DNA of 64,000 nucleotides from Adineta vaga (taxonomy: Eukaryota; Animalia; Rotifera), in assembly GCA_021613535.1 (NCBI GenBank), contig CP075494.1, positions 11,966,001 through 12,030,000 on the forward strand. Reading direction: 5' to 3'. Of this stretch, positions 14,203-27,426 are shown in pieces. The position numbers and the translations under genes were made by a program. How positions within the stretch are numbered: the stretch's first letter is position 1; each line of letters starts with the position of its first letter. Below the pieces are notes generated by a model. That model had not been told where the DNA came from, did not search any database, and worked only from the letters and a program-made list of their open reading frames with translations.

Positions 14203-14721
14203 ATGGCTTCATCCTTATTTATCCCCGTTATTCTCTTACTTGTCTCTCTTTTCCAAATCAATGCAACACCTGCACCAGGTCCTGATAGTCAAGGTCGAAA
14301 TTTAATTCAATTCGGTAATATGATTGGAGCAACTTTAAGCACTAGTGCATTGAGCTATAATGGTTATGGTTGTTGGTATGTAGAATTTACAAAAGCAAAA
14401 TTAGATAATACTTTCATCTAATTGAATTCGTTTAGGTGTGGATTTGGTGGTAAAGGTGAACCAGTTGATGCAACTGACGCCTGCTGTAAAGCTCATGATC
14501 TTTGTTACGATGAAATCATTGCTTCCGGTTCAGGACTGTTTTCATGTTCACCTTATATTAGTTTTTACGGTTGGGATATGGATCCAAAAACCCTTCTCCC
14601 TTATTGTAAAGACACACCAGGTACCTGTTCTCATCGTGTCTGTGAATGTGATCGTATTGTTAGTGAATGTTACAAGCGAAACGCTCATACATTCGATAAA
14701 TCTTTAAAATGTCCCAAATAA
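14203..14721 (+). CDS. Secreted phospholipase A2 (group I/II/X-type), two exons (intron 14376-14435)
   Basis: Signal peptide, Ca-binding loop 'YNGYGCW|CGFGGKG', catalytic 'DACCKAHDLCY' and 'CECDR'. Confidence 0.95.
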
Positions 14722-15470
14722 AACAATAAGCACATTCTCAAGATTATTATATCAATATTTCTTCTGGTATTAGAAGTAAATGTCACCTGCATTTATGTTT
14801 TTCTTTTCTTTTAACTCTTCCTCAAGGCTATTTTAAGACAAACGTTTGAACATTTTCGTTTTATGCATTAATTTTCTTTCTTGATAGATTTTGTCAATGT
14901 AATTGAATAATAGTCGAAGATTCAGGGTTAATGACAATCATTTATTTGAATTGAAAGACATTGAATAAGGTCATATAAACACTTTAATGACATACTTAAG
15001 ATACAATCGTAATGAAGTCTCCTAATTGATTTGATAGACATAGACACACAACAAGAAAAGTTCACAATCTAGCACTTTTCAATGAAATTTTTATGCGATA
15101 TAATTTTAAGAATATGTTCTGCATATATTTGACATTTATGTTTAACTTGATGTTGATAGATCAAGTATCTTTTTGAACGTATTTTTACATAATATTTCTT
15201 AGGATAGCTATTCACGCTTTTCACTGAAATTTATTATAAATATTTAAAAAAAAATAAATAGTAGCATTTGTCATAGTGTGTAATAGCATTCTCAACTGAA
15301 TAGAAGAAAGAAAAAATGAAAGCAAAGCTCACACCGGTTATATATGTATTGATAAAAACCAGAAAATTAAATGTGTTTTCATAGAATTACCCCGAGATTG
15401 AAATGTTTGTTCGAGAAAAGAGAAATATTATCTGGCGACATACATAAATTAATTAAAATTTCGAAATTTT

Positions 15471-16420
15471 TTACGGAAGATAGAAACGATTGAGAACGGG
15501 TGGAATATATCTGCTTGATCTTAATGTATTAAATCGTGTTGTAAGATATGGATCATCTATGGTGTCATAACTTGAATCATAACGACGTTCTCCAGGTAGA
15601 TCATGTAAAAATGATGAATGAATAAAACTTTTTGAACTTAAAGGACGATAACTTCTTGGACTTGAAAAACTTCGCGAACTTAATGTTGGTAGAGACTGTG
15701 TCGGTGAACGATAAAGATATGATGATGGTTGTTTTGATCCCGATGAATAAGTAGTATTAGTTGTATAAATAGGATTTCTCATCATTGGTCGACGAGGAGA
15801 AGTTGTCATTCCAGTTGATGATAAATAGATATCAGGTATCGAGTCATAAGACGTTTCAATAAATGAAACAGATGTATAACCAAATAGAGACTTTTCATAA
15901 TTCATTAACTAAAGAATGAAAAAAAAAACAACAACAACAATGTTTAGATCACAATGATATGTATTAGTTTTTACTTGTCTAATAAAACCAAAATTTGGCC
16001 CAATAATGGGTCGACGTGACCGTAAATAATAAAATGCATCACGTAGTGACATTTGTTGATATTTCATCAAATAAGCTAAAAAGTACACAAAAATATATCA
16101 TTCTATACAATTGAATGAATCATACCTAAGATAATTGATGCTGATCTCGATCGTCCAACATAACAATGAACCAATGTTTTCTTTCCTTCTTGTAAATTTC
16201 GTTCGATTCGATCAGCTAATCGATCAAAATAAATATGTATTGACGCTGTCGGAATATCAGGTATATTGATTTTTTCATAATCAACTGTTGGACCGAGATC
16301 TTGTCTTGGACAATCCGATGAAATATTGATAACAGAACGTATACCTTTGTTCAATATCGATATGTGAGATTCTAAACCAGATATGTATAAATTTTCGATG
16401 ACTTCCGATATACCCGACAT
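15471..16420 (-). CDS. Atypical dual-specificity phosphatase (DUSP14/18-like), copy 1, Ser/Arg/Tyr-rich tail
   Basis: 'ISEVIENLYISG', active site 'VHCYVGRSRS', 'RRPIIGPNFGF'; three exons. Confidence 0.88.
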
Positions 16421-16659
16421 GTCAAATGATCGATTATTGAACAATCTATAACAAATAAAAGAGAAGCAATTCATTCGAAATATTTAATTTTTTTTTGTGA
16501 AACGAAAGAAGTCATTGAGAGAGAGAGAGAAAAAAATAAGAATTTTGCTTTGTTAACAGAATTGAAATTAAAACAAAATCGACCGGAAGACACGCATCTG
16601 ACATTTAAAAACCCACAAATGCGTATCGTATTAAATGAAACAGAAAGAAACATCATTTC

Positions 16660-18034
16660 TCAAGGTTCTAATGGTCTAATAAAACTTGAACGATATGTTG
16701 TATCATAACGTGCACGTTGCTGATCATTATTGACTGTACCAGTCATTGGATTGATCGTATTATTTGGTAAATTATGTTGTTGTTGGTGATGATAATGATG
16801 ATGATGATGATGATGTGGTTGATGATGATTTGTATAACGATGTTTAACATTGGCTGGTACACTGACAGGTATACTTCGACTACTCGTATAAATCGTTGAT
16901 GCAGATGCAAAAGAATTTTGATTTGATCCATTATTTGTTAACGGACGTCCAACACCAGATCGATTTGGTGTTAGAAATGATGGTCTATTAGTAAATATGG
17001 GTGTTTGATATGATGGATTACTAACATAAGTTGAAGCAGCAGCTACGGATGGGCGAATATTAGATTGCGAAGCTAGTGATCGCGATCGTGCAAGACCTAC
17101 TGAACGATTTGAGTATGAATCACGACCACTCGATCGAGTTTGATTGGATATTAAATCACTAGATGCAGTACTACTATTCGTTGGATTATTCATAGTCGAT
17201 GCAAATGAAGAAGTCGAATTAGGTATTGACTCAGTTGGTTTTTGTTGTTGAGTTGTATATTGTTGAATTTCTTCAAATGCAACATCTGGTACATTACCAT
17301 ACTGTGTAGGTATCACTAAAGAAACGAAAAAAAGTAAACATTTCAATTTCCAAAGATCTCTTACTTTTGACACTATTTTGTTTTTTCAGTTGACTTTCAT
17401 ACGCAATTAATTGATTCCAAAATCCCAAATTTGGAAAAACTATTGGACGATGTTTTTTACATAGTAAATATGCATCTCGTAAGGACATATTCATATAACG
17501 TATTAAATATGCACAAACAATTGTCGAACCTATATTTACAAAAGAAAAAGAGAAAAAAAAAATCACAAATCCATATGAAATATAGCATGAAAAATATTTA
17601 TACATACTCCGACTAATACCAGCCATGCAATGAACAAGCACTTTATGTTGTTTATTAGCAGTGAGATGAGCGTGAATTTTATCAGTTATTGTATTAAAAT
17701 AATTACTTATCGGTGAATTTGGAAAATCGAGTATATCGAATTTTTCGAGTTTAATACTTTTTGGATAGACTATAGCAGATGATTCCAATGCAACATTCTT
17801 TTACAAATCATGGCGAAATGAATTAAATATAAAAAGAACAGGAAAATGGAACTTACCACAATATAAGTGATTCCCAATCTTTGAACTTGTTCAAGAGTAG
17901 CTGCCATTTGACCTGGACAAAAATATATTATTGTAAACAGGAGCAGAAAGGATAAAAATCAAACCTGATATAAAAATCTGTGGTGTTATTTCTGAAATAG
18001 CCATTAAAAATGTCATTCGATTAAAACTCGCCAT
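16660..18034 (-). CDS. Atypical dual-specificity phosphatase (DUSP14/18/21-like), copy 2, long Ser/Thr/His-rich tail
   Basis: 'ISEITPQIFISG', 'VHCMAGISRS', 'RPIVFPNLGFWNQLIAYE' and 'IPTQYGNVPDV' (DUSP14/18-type C-terminal segment). ATG at 18034. Confidence 0.9.
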
Positions 18035-18093
18035 TGTTATTCGATTAATGGATAGGTTGATAAATGATTAGAATGAGAATTAACAATATGAAT

Positions 18094-18276
18094 GTTGCAT
18101 GACAACAGAACAAAAATGACTATTTAGAAATCTGAAAAAAAATATAAACTTATGCCTTGAAATGTCGACCGAAAGAATTAACGGAAGAGAAAAAGAAACG
18201 ATTGTTCTTTAACATCGTTTGTCGCCTGCTAGGATGTTATTTAGCAACCTACACGAAAATCACGTGTCCTAGTAAC
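18094..18276. promoter_or_regulatory. Three RFX X-box-like motifs plus an E-box upstream of DUSP copy 2
   Basis: GTTGCATGACAAC (18094-18106), GTTATTTAGCAAC (18236-18248) and GTGTCCTAGTAAC (18264-18276), the last overlapping CACGTG (18261-18266). Sequence resemblance only. Confidence 0.35.
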
Positions 18277-19652
18277 GACTTTTCGAGAAACACCTACACA
18301 TTGATAAAATAATATCATTCCATTGAAGTCATAAATTTCTTGTCCGTTGGAAATTCAAGTTTATTATATTAATTCTAGTATTAATCAAAAAAATTTGATT
18401 GATGAATATGATTGGTTAATTTTTAACGAATAGAATAATTTGTGGCAAAGTGAATCATTGAAAAACTTGTTTTTCTGACAATAATCAATTTCTTCTTATT
18501 TTTATGTCAAGTGCAAACCAAACTTGATCCTGTTTTTTTGTTATGTATTGCTATTTACAACACCCACACATAAACTAAAACACAATCTTCATCAATATTG
18601 CACTGACTGAATCTCAATATTCTAGTCAATAATTGAAATATACATATAGATAATTTAATTATAGAAGATGATGTTTGATTAAGAATTTTCTTCTTTTTAT
18701 TTCTTAATTTAAAATCGTTTTGTCTTTTAGATGATTACTGATCTTTCTTTTTCTTTTCTTACATGTTCATATATGTATACGTATATATATATATATATTT
18801 ACATATGAATGCCATTTGATATTCAGTCAATAGACCACGCAATGGCTTCTTCTTGTTCGTCGAAGAGAATTTATGCATTTATTCTCGTTCTTTTATTCCT
18901 GCTTTCTGACAAATATAAAAAAGAATTTGGTCAGCTGGATATGAACATATATCGCTAGAAGTTGATCACGTATGTGTTGGTTGACTTCTTACTCTAATCA
19001 AGCGAATGATAATCGCTTTCTGTCCACTTCGCTTGTTGTAACAACAATATTGCCTTGATCAATGAGTGCTGCCATACATGCTTACGCAAGCTCATCATAT
19101 ATGTGTGCCCTTTTATCTCTCATAACCGCAGTATTTTACATGTCCGAAGGATGATGAAGATATAACGTCAGAAAATCGAGTAAAAGTTATCGAAGAAAGC
19201 TGCTATTTTTTCCCTTGTCCTTATAATCATGATGAAATTCGTCTCATCTTTAGATTAATATATAGTTGTTATTGTCTACGCGAGTTTGACCTTGACTAAT
19301 AGTATATCGATTTCTGTAAACACGTACAAACACTAGAACGATAATATCCTATGTCTTGATGATAATCGCCCACAAGTGTGTAGAAGAAAGAATTTATCCT
19401 GTTTCTGATTGACCGTAACAATGTTCAGACGAGATAGATATATATCTCTATATGTAAACCTTGATTTATATGAGATCCATCACTAAAACTGTTGGTGATA
19501 CAAATCTCTCGTTTTCTTTTTCTTCTTTCTTTATCATCATTGATGCTTTCCGAAGGACACATCCGTCCGTTTTCAGGCGAGAAAATGTTTATGTAAACAG
19601 TGAAGCATGGACACCGTGCTAACTGAGAAGCATCCGTTTTGTTTAACTAATA

Positions 19653-19722
19653 CCGCCACCGCCACCACCACCATCATCATCATAATCATTATCATCATCA
19701 TCATCATCATCATCGTCGTCGT
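19653..19722 (+). repeat. Compound trinucleotide microsatellite (CCG/CCA -> CAT -> CGT)
   Basis: ccgccaccgccaccaccaccatcatcatcataatcattatcatcatcatcatcatcatcatcgtcgtcgtc. Further (GAT)n near 20063 and (GAAA)n near 21033. Confidence 0.85.
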
Positions 19723-21239
19723 CTAGAACATCAACATAGACTGAGAGCGTCTAACTAAGTTAGACTGCACCATTTTGTCCCCTGTTGAATGAATTCATCG
19801 TGCATGCACATACATATTCACATAGAACGAGAAGAGAAGAAAAAAAAAGAATGTGGGTGAATCGTATGCATATGCAACTTGGCAGTAGGCGATACATTGT
19901 CGCATCATTCATATATTTTTTTTTGTGTTAGTTCTTTACTGCTCAAGTGAACACCGGCGTCAATGGTATGTTTGATGTAGATTTATACATATGAGAGAAA
20001 AAGAATGAAAGAAAGAAAGAAAAATGAAATCGATTCGTAATCGAAAGATGAGACAACAGGTGTGATGATGATGATGATGATGATCACTGTGTAATGTGTA
20101 TGTGAATAAGAACTTGAATTAGTTGGTGTCTCGTGAATAGACAAAAAAAACGAATAAAGATAATGTGAGAAAATGAGAGACTAGGGAAGATAGACAAGCG
20201 ACGCTAATTGTCTTACTTGTTTCTTTTACAATTTTTTTTGTAACGATTATAAATGACATCATGTCTATAAGACGATTTGTTTTGTCACTTTCATTTACTA
20301 TCTACTATCACTTATATATTGATCTGTATTTACAGTTAAACGTTTGTCTTTGGAAGACTCTTTCTCTATACAATTCTGTCGTTTAGCTTTGTTGATTCTT
20401 TCTTCATTTATTTCTTTTTCTTTCTCTTTTTTTATGTCTTTCTTCCGGTTTCATTTCTCTTTTTTTTTAGATGAATGAGTTTTGATGACTCTAACAGTAA
20501 ACGATGGCTTAAACATCGTTTAATTGGTATGTATATATACACATCTATTTATAGGGAAAATATTCTTGCTAACAACAACGGACTATTTTTTGTTCTGTAT
20601 TTCAATACTTTATTCTCAGAAAAAAAGACGAAAGTAGTTATTTAAAAGAAATCTTTTAAATAAAACATCATATCATTGATTGAATCGAATCGAATCGTTT
20701 TTTTCTCGATAATTGTATTAATTATATGCACATCTATACTATGCCTTTCATCAAAAATTTCCTAAATCGATTTATTGCATATATACATATATATGTATAC
20801 ATACATACAATCGATGGTAGTTTTTTTTCTCTCGTTCGTCACAGTATGTATGTATCAGATAAAGTAATACAGCATGATAGGAAACGAACGAACGAACAGA
20901 GTGCAAGTCGCTGATGCCATTATGTAGGCAATAGGAGAGACGACGGACGCTCTCGTCTCAATACCAAAATGAGGGATGAGGAAAGAGTTACGTAAAAAAT
21001 TGTGCACACATAAACAGAGAAGAAAGAAGAAGAGAAAGAAAGAAAGAAAGAAAAAAATGAATGGTACCGCTGTAAAGAGATAGAAAAACAGATCCTCCGA
21101 CTATTCTAACTATTCTTCTTCCTTATTTAATGGAGGCGAACATCTCTTTCATTCTTTTTTCTGTCCCTATGTTTCTCTGGCACCAGCACATTATTAATGT
21201 TGTTCGTTGATTTTTTTTCTTTCTCTTTTGTTCTAGGCT

Positions 21240-24200
21240 ATGTACAAAAACGTGCAAGTCAATCATTATAACAACGCTCCTAGTACAACTACTTCTTCTT
21301 CGACTACTTCTTCTTCCTTTCCATCACATACAACGACCCAAAAGGCGACTAGCTTGCCTGTACAAATAACTAGAGCCTTTTCTCCTTCGTCACATAGTAG
21401 CAATATTGGTGACAACGGTATATCATTACCTATTTCTTTTCAAACTTCCGAACAAATTATGTCATCAACATCGTCATCAAAATTAAAATCTGATGTTGAT
21501 CAACTAGATGATCTGGTTAAAGATTTACTAACGGAAGTGAATCGACCAATTAGTGAATCAAATAATCATCGATATACATATCAACGTCATTCAAATAATG
21601 ATCTATCAAATTCAAGAGTATCTTCATCATCAACAATAACAAATCCAAAACGTTATGATTTCGAAACTCCACAACATTCAAAAACAGTACGAGAAGAACG
21701 CATACGTATTAAACGTGGTGGTAGTAATAATGAAATTCCGATAACAACATCAACATCATCAATGGCAACAACTACAACAACAAACACAAGCAAACCACAA
21801 ATATCATCATCCGTTATTGATGAGCATCTTATTGATTCATTATTAGAAAGCGTTCAAAATACATTAAGAAAACGTGCCCAACGAAATCAATCAAATTGGT
21901 CAACAGATGTACCCGTACATAATCGACGAACTTATAGTTCAAGTGCTTCTTACAATACCGACTCGGTCCATCGGGTAACTTTATTCTCTTTTCAATTAGC
22001 TAAAGATTCGCTTGACTAATCAGCACATTTTGATATTTAATAGAGAAAGAAAACGGAGAATAGAATATGTTCATTCAGTTGTTCAAGGAAAGAAATGATG
22101 TCAAGAACTAAAGGAAAAAATTGTTTTTTATCATTTCGATTAGAAAAAAGATACAAAGATTGCGTAAGAAAAATTCATAAGAAAAACATTTTACCTTGAA
22201 ACGAGATTCATCAACTTGAAAAAAAATATACATATGTATACCTACTTCATTGAATGGTACTTATAACATTGCTTTTTATGACTTTGAAATATATCATTCA
22301 AAACTTCACTGATATCAGTCATATCAAAGATCGATCTATTAGATTGATTGATTATATATGTCTGGACAATCGACAAATACTTAAGAAACACTTTAATCTT
22401 TTCGTATTTATTTAGATGGATCCTAATCGAGGTCGATTTCCAATAAAACTTAATCGAACGGATAGTCCAACAAGTACATTATCATCAAAACGAAATTACA
22501 ATCGAAATGATTCTCGAGGTAACTGAAAAGAATTTCCTTTTTCTCTCTTAGTAATAAAAGTAATCCTTTAATTTTTTTCATTATTAAAGATGGTTATATA
22601 TCTGGATCAACGAGTACCATTCCGGCACATTTCCGTGCAACATCAGAGCCACCACCGGATGGACCTATTGAACTACGTCGTATGGATTTAATTCGTTCAC
22701 CTTCTCGCACATACATGGATGCACCTCCACCAAATGAATATTATCATTATTCACATTCAACATTACCATCAAGTGGTATTCGTGTACGTGGTGGTCATGA
22801 TTATTCTGGCTATGACACAGATACAGGTTTAATGACATCTCGTGTTTATGCTCCTCGATATTATCATGCTCCACCTCCATCACAACCAATCTATCCATAT
22901 CATTATCAACAACATCATCATCCGGAACCACAGCGTCCGATGTTTCGGCCTGATGGTTATGATACAGATAGTGGTTTGATCAGTAGTGGTCGTTTACGTA
23001 TGACACGTACATTATCACCACGTATGGCTGTTATACCAGAAACGGTTGTTATTAATAATCGAATGGTATCTTCGTCAAATTTAAATCAAATACCAACTGA
23101 TGTACGTGGCAGTACATTTCTTAATCAAAATAATCGTTCACAATATCTCGCTGGTTATGAAACTGATTCAAGTATAAATACACGACAACATGTCAATGAA
23201 TATCGACAAATACCTGTCGATATACACTGTAGTGATAGTGGTTGGGTAGGAAATCAATCAATGACGCGATCAAGTTCACAACAACCACAACCACAACAAC
23301 AACAACAACAACAAAGATTTACTGATAATCGACAAGCACAAGAGCAAATACGTGCGATGTCAATACCTGTTTATACTCAACAATCGGAACAACAGAAACG
23401 AGTAAGAATCAAAAAGATTTTTGACCTTTTTTCCTTTCCAATTATCCTTCAAAAATATACAAAAAAAAGCATGGATATATCTATGCACGGAATGTTTTCA
23501 ACAAAAAAGAGAAAACAGAAAACAACATTCCATTAATCTATATCTAATCTAGACAACAAGTGTAACACCATCACCTTCATTATCTACTAATAAAACAAAT
23601 AAAAAAGATGTTACAATAATTCCAACTATTTTTCCTGGTTCTGTTGGTCTATCAAATCCATTGAGTGATCATAAACAACACCAACATCAACAACAAATAT
23701 TTGAATCGGATACGACACGTAAAATTTCGAATGATAATATTACAAATCGATCTACCAGACCACATGGTATTATTATCGATAGTACTGTAATTCAATCATC
23801 TGTTGATTCAGCTATAACAAATCCACAAATAGTTTCGACTACACCCGAGATTGTAAGAAATACACGTTTGACGTGATCATTCACTCCCTACGCTCGAAAC
23901 CGTTTTATTTGATTGCTGTGAATATTTGTGAACTTTTTATTAAAACCAATTTTCGATTTTCTTTTACAGAATCCTAAAACCAATGTGGATAGTCAAACAA
24001 CGACAGTAACAAAAATCACTACGGCAACACCTACTTTTCCCGTAATTAATCAATCTTGTATGTATACTATTAGAGTTCATGTCTGGAATCAATCAATTAT
24101 GTCTATTCTTTTTTCTTAATCAGATAATGCTAATGTTCAATCACGTGTCGGCAACAGGTACAAAAAAGCGTTCATACTAATTAAAATTTTATTGACCTGT

Positions 24201-25757
24201 TCTTTTCTTCTACAGTTCAATTCGAAATACTCAGGAGACTTCACAACAATCAAGTGTTTCTTCTCCTGGAGGTATGATTATTTCATAACTAAACATTTAT
24301 TTCTTTTCAATGAAAACAAATGTTGTTTTCATTATCAAATAGAAGACACGATGTCCTTATAACAGAAGTGTGTGCATGCGTCTATGTCTAACTAATCCTT
24401 TCAAATTTCTTGTTTATTCTTACATATCAAATGACAAATAGAAATAATTTTATCAATATTTTTGCTTTCTAGAAACGGATGTACATCGTACGGGTGCTTA
24501 TCAAGCGCATAATGTTAGTCAATTTTGGTATAAAGAAAAACTATCACGTGAAGATGGTATACAGGATTCTTTATGAAAACCATGAAGTTTAATTTGATGT
24601 TTATTTATTATTTATAGCGATCAATTTACTCAAAACAAAACCCCCAGGAACATTTCTTATTCGTGATAGTCAAGGTTTTCCAGGTTCTTATGGTTTAGCA
24701 GTTAAAGTCGAGAAATTACCAACGGGTATTCAATCAAAACCAGGTTTGTTTCTTCGAATGTAACGACATGATTAAATTCAAAGAAAAATGAATTTCTTTT
24801 CTCTCAGGTGCTGATCCAAATGCTGAACTTGTTCGACACTATCTAGTTGAACGAACACATACAGGACATGTTCGACTGAAAGGTTGTCCTAATGAACCTG
24901 ATTTTGGTATACTCATCTACATTAAAATAGTATCTGTTATGAACTTAAGTTTGTTTTTTTTAGCGAATCTCTCTGCATTAGTTTATCAACATACGATTTC
25001 TGCACTTGCATTACCAACAAAACTTGTATTACCAACTAACGATATTGCAGAAGACTATCGTCCTGTAGTAAATCAACATCAAGAAACAAAAAAAATGTCT
25101 GTTCGAGATTTATTGGAAAAAGGAGCTGGTAAAATCAAATATTTCAGATTGATATCATTCGAAAAAAAAACTCTTCGTCGTCTTTTTTCTTTTTAGCTTG
25201 TAATGTTGTTTATTTAAATGATGTTGATGTCGAATCGTTATCCGGTCAAATGGCTGTAGCAAAAGCTTTACGTAGCACATTTGATAATGCTGAACGTTTA
25301 CAAGCTACTATTGTTAACTTTAAAGTTTCAAGTAATGGTATTACTTTAACTGATACAAAGAAAAAGTATGTTGAATTTTTCTTCTTGAAATATTTCTTAT
25401 TTGATGAAATTGTTTTTGTTAAGAATTTTTTCACGACGTCATTTTCCTAAAGAATATGTTACGTATTGTGGAGCTGATTATGAAACCGATCGTTTTTGGA
25501 CCTATCAATTTGGCGATCTTGATATGTTACCACGAGCAAAGTCTGATAAGCTTTTGTCTTTTTACGGAAAAAGATTAACTCTACTTTTTCGATTTTCTTT
25601 CAGATGTTTTGGTTTTGTTTCAAAGAAAATAAATGGTGCAAAATCTTCTCAACCAGAAAATGAATGTCATATATTTGCGGAACTTGATCCATCTCAACCC
25701 TCAAATGCTATCGTTAATTTTGTTTCAAAAATTATGATTGGCAGTGTACCTGTTTAA
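21240..25757 (+). CDS. Tensin-like focal adhesion adaptor (C-terminal SH2 + PTB; no PTEN-like/C2 domain seen), multi-exon
   Basis: SH2 'SQFWYKEKLSRED..PGTFLIRDSQGFPGSYGLAVKV...ELVRHYL...LKGCPNEPDF.NLSALVYQHTISALALPTKL'. PTB 'GACNVVYL...CFGFVSKK...NECHIFAELDPSQPSNAIVNFVSKIM'. Probable non-coding upstream exons, e.g. 20471-20527. Confidence 0.9.
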
Positions 25758-26238
25758 AACTAATATCGAAAGAGAAATTCAATCGAAATCTATATTCAGA
25801 AGAAGAAGTATTTTTCAAAATGAACATTATTTTCTCTTTCATATCATTCATTGGAGTGTTTTTATTCTTAGAAACTTTTCTTATCGTACAGTTCTTTTTT
25901 TTTTCGTTTCTTTTTTTCTAAATTTGTAGTCGAATGTCAAGTTTTTGTTTTCTCATCCCTTTCCTATATCTTTTTGTTCATCTCAAGTGATAATATTCTT
26001 CTCTATTATCGTTCTCGAAGAGATCTATAAATCTAACAAAATACAATTTTTATCTATATATATATAAATATCTTCTACGAAAAAAAAACAAACAAACAGT
26101 GATCAATATAATGACCCTTGTTCTTGTGTCTGTTGGTGCTTGCTTTAATCTTTAATATATATATATATGTTTTTTTCTTGTTTCTTTTCTTCTTGAGTAT
26201 TCAAATGTATGATCTTCTAGAAAGTTAAAAAATAAAAT

Positions 26239-27184
26239 ATGGATATATCAATAACTTATTTGGGTAAAACTGATCTAAAAATAACGAAGATTGGCTTAGG
26301 TTCAATGCCATTAGCAATTAACGGTCGACCAACATGTGAAGATGCAATGAAAGTGATTCATCGAACGCTTGACCTTGGAATAACATTAATCGATACAGCG
26401 GATGCATATTGTGCGGATGAAAATGATAAAAATTATTGTGAAAAATTGATCTATCAAGCTTTACAAACATATCAAGGTTCAACAAATATCAATGATATTA
26501 TCATCGCTACGAAAGGTATTGATTATTCATTCTCCGGCATCAATCTTCTTTGTTTTCTTGTGTATTTCAGGTGGTCTTATTCGTCCAGGTGGTGCATGGG
26601 AAACGGATTTAAATCCATCTCGTCTTCGTCAAGCAATACGTCAAAGTTATGAAAGTCTCGGAGGAACAAAACCTATTCCTCTATGGCAACTACACGATTC
26701 TCCACAAGATGATAAATATACTTTAAAAGAAATATTCGAACCGATCTGTGAAGCAGTGGAGAACAATCTCATTCGATATGTTGGTGTTTCAAATTTTAAT
26801 CTTGAACAAATTAAAGAAGCACAAACTTATATAAAAATTCATGCTGTACAAAATGTTTTTAACTTATTCAAACGTGAAGCTGAAACAGATGGAGTATTGA
26901 AATATTGTGAAGATAATCAATTAACATTTCTCGCTTATTCACCCATGGGTGGACGAAGAAAACATAAAAAGCTCAATAAAGATAAACTACTTACAACTTT
27001 AGCAGGAAAATATCATTGTTCAACATATTGTATTGTTCTTGCATGGATTCTATCGAAATCTAAATGTATTGTTCCCATACCTGGTGCTAGTAAAATAACA
27101 TCAATTGAAGATTCAATAAGAGCATTGAATATTCATCTTGATCAGGAAGATATTCAACAAATAAATGATCATAAATTTACATAG
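26239..27184 (+). CDS. Aldo-keto reductase of bacterial type, one intron (26516-26570)
   Basis: 'IGLGSMP', 'IDTADAY', 'IIATKG|GL', 'LWQLH', 'VGVSNF', 'AYSPMGG', 'PIPGASK' (AKR catalytic D/Y/K/H pattern). Confidence 0.9.
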
Positions 27185-27426
27185 ATTATTTATTCTTTCA
27201 GATAAAACAGGATAATAATAATAATAAGCGAACAAAAAAAATGGTAATTTCTCAGAGTAAATAAATATCTCCAAGGAATTCTCGTTTGTATTACTATTGT
27301 AATAGAATTTATTTCGTCTATTGAAATGATGAGTACATGTCACCATAGGATTTATTTTTACACAGCAGTCATTCGAATAGATATATATATAGTTTTTGCT
27401 AATAATGATTATTTTGTTATAGATTA

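Noticed and set aside
19640-19760. Microsatellite readable as a poly-His or poly-Asp/Gly peptide
   Set aside because: The frames are bounded by nearby stops with no start or supported exon chain; treated as a simple repeat.
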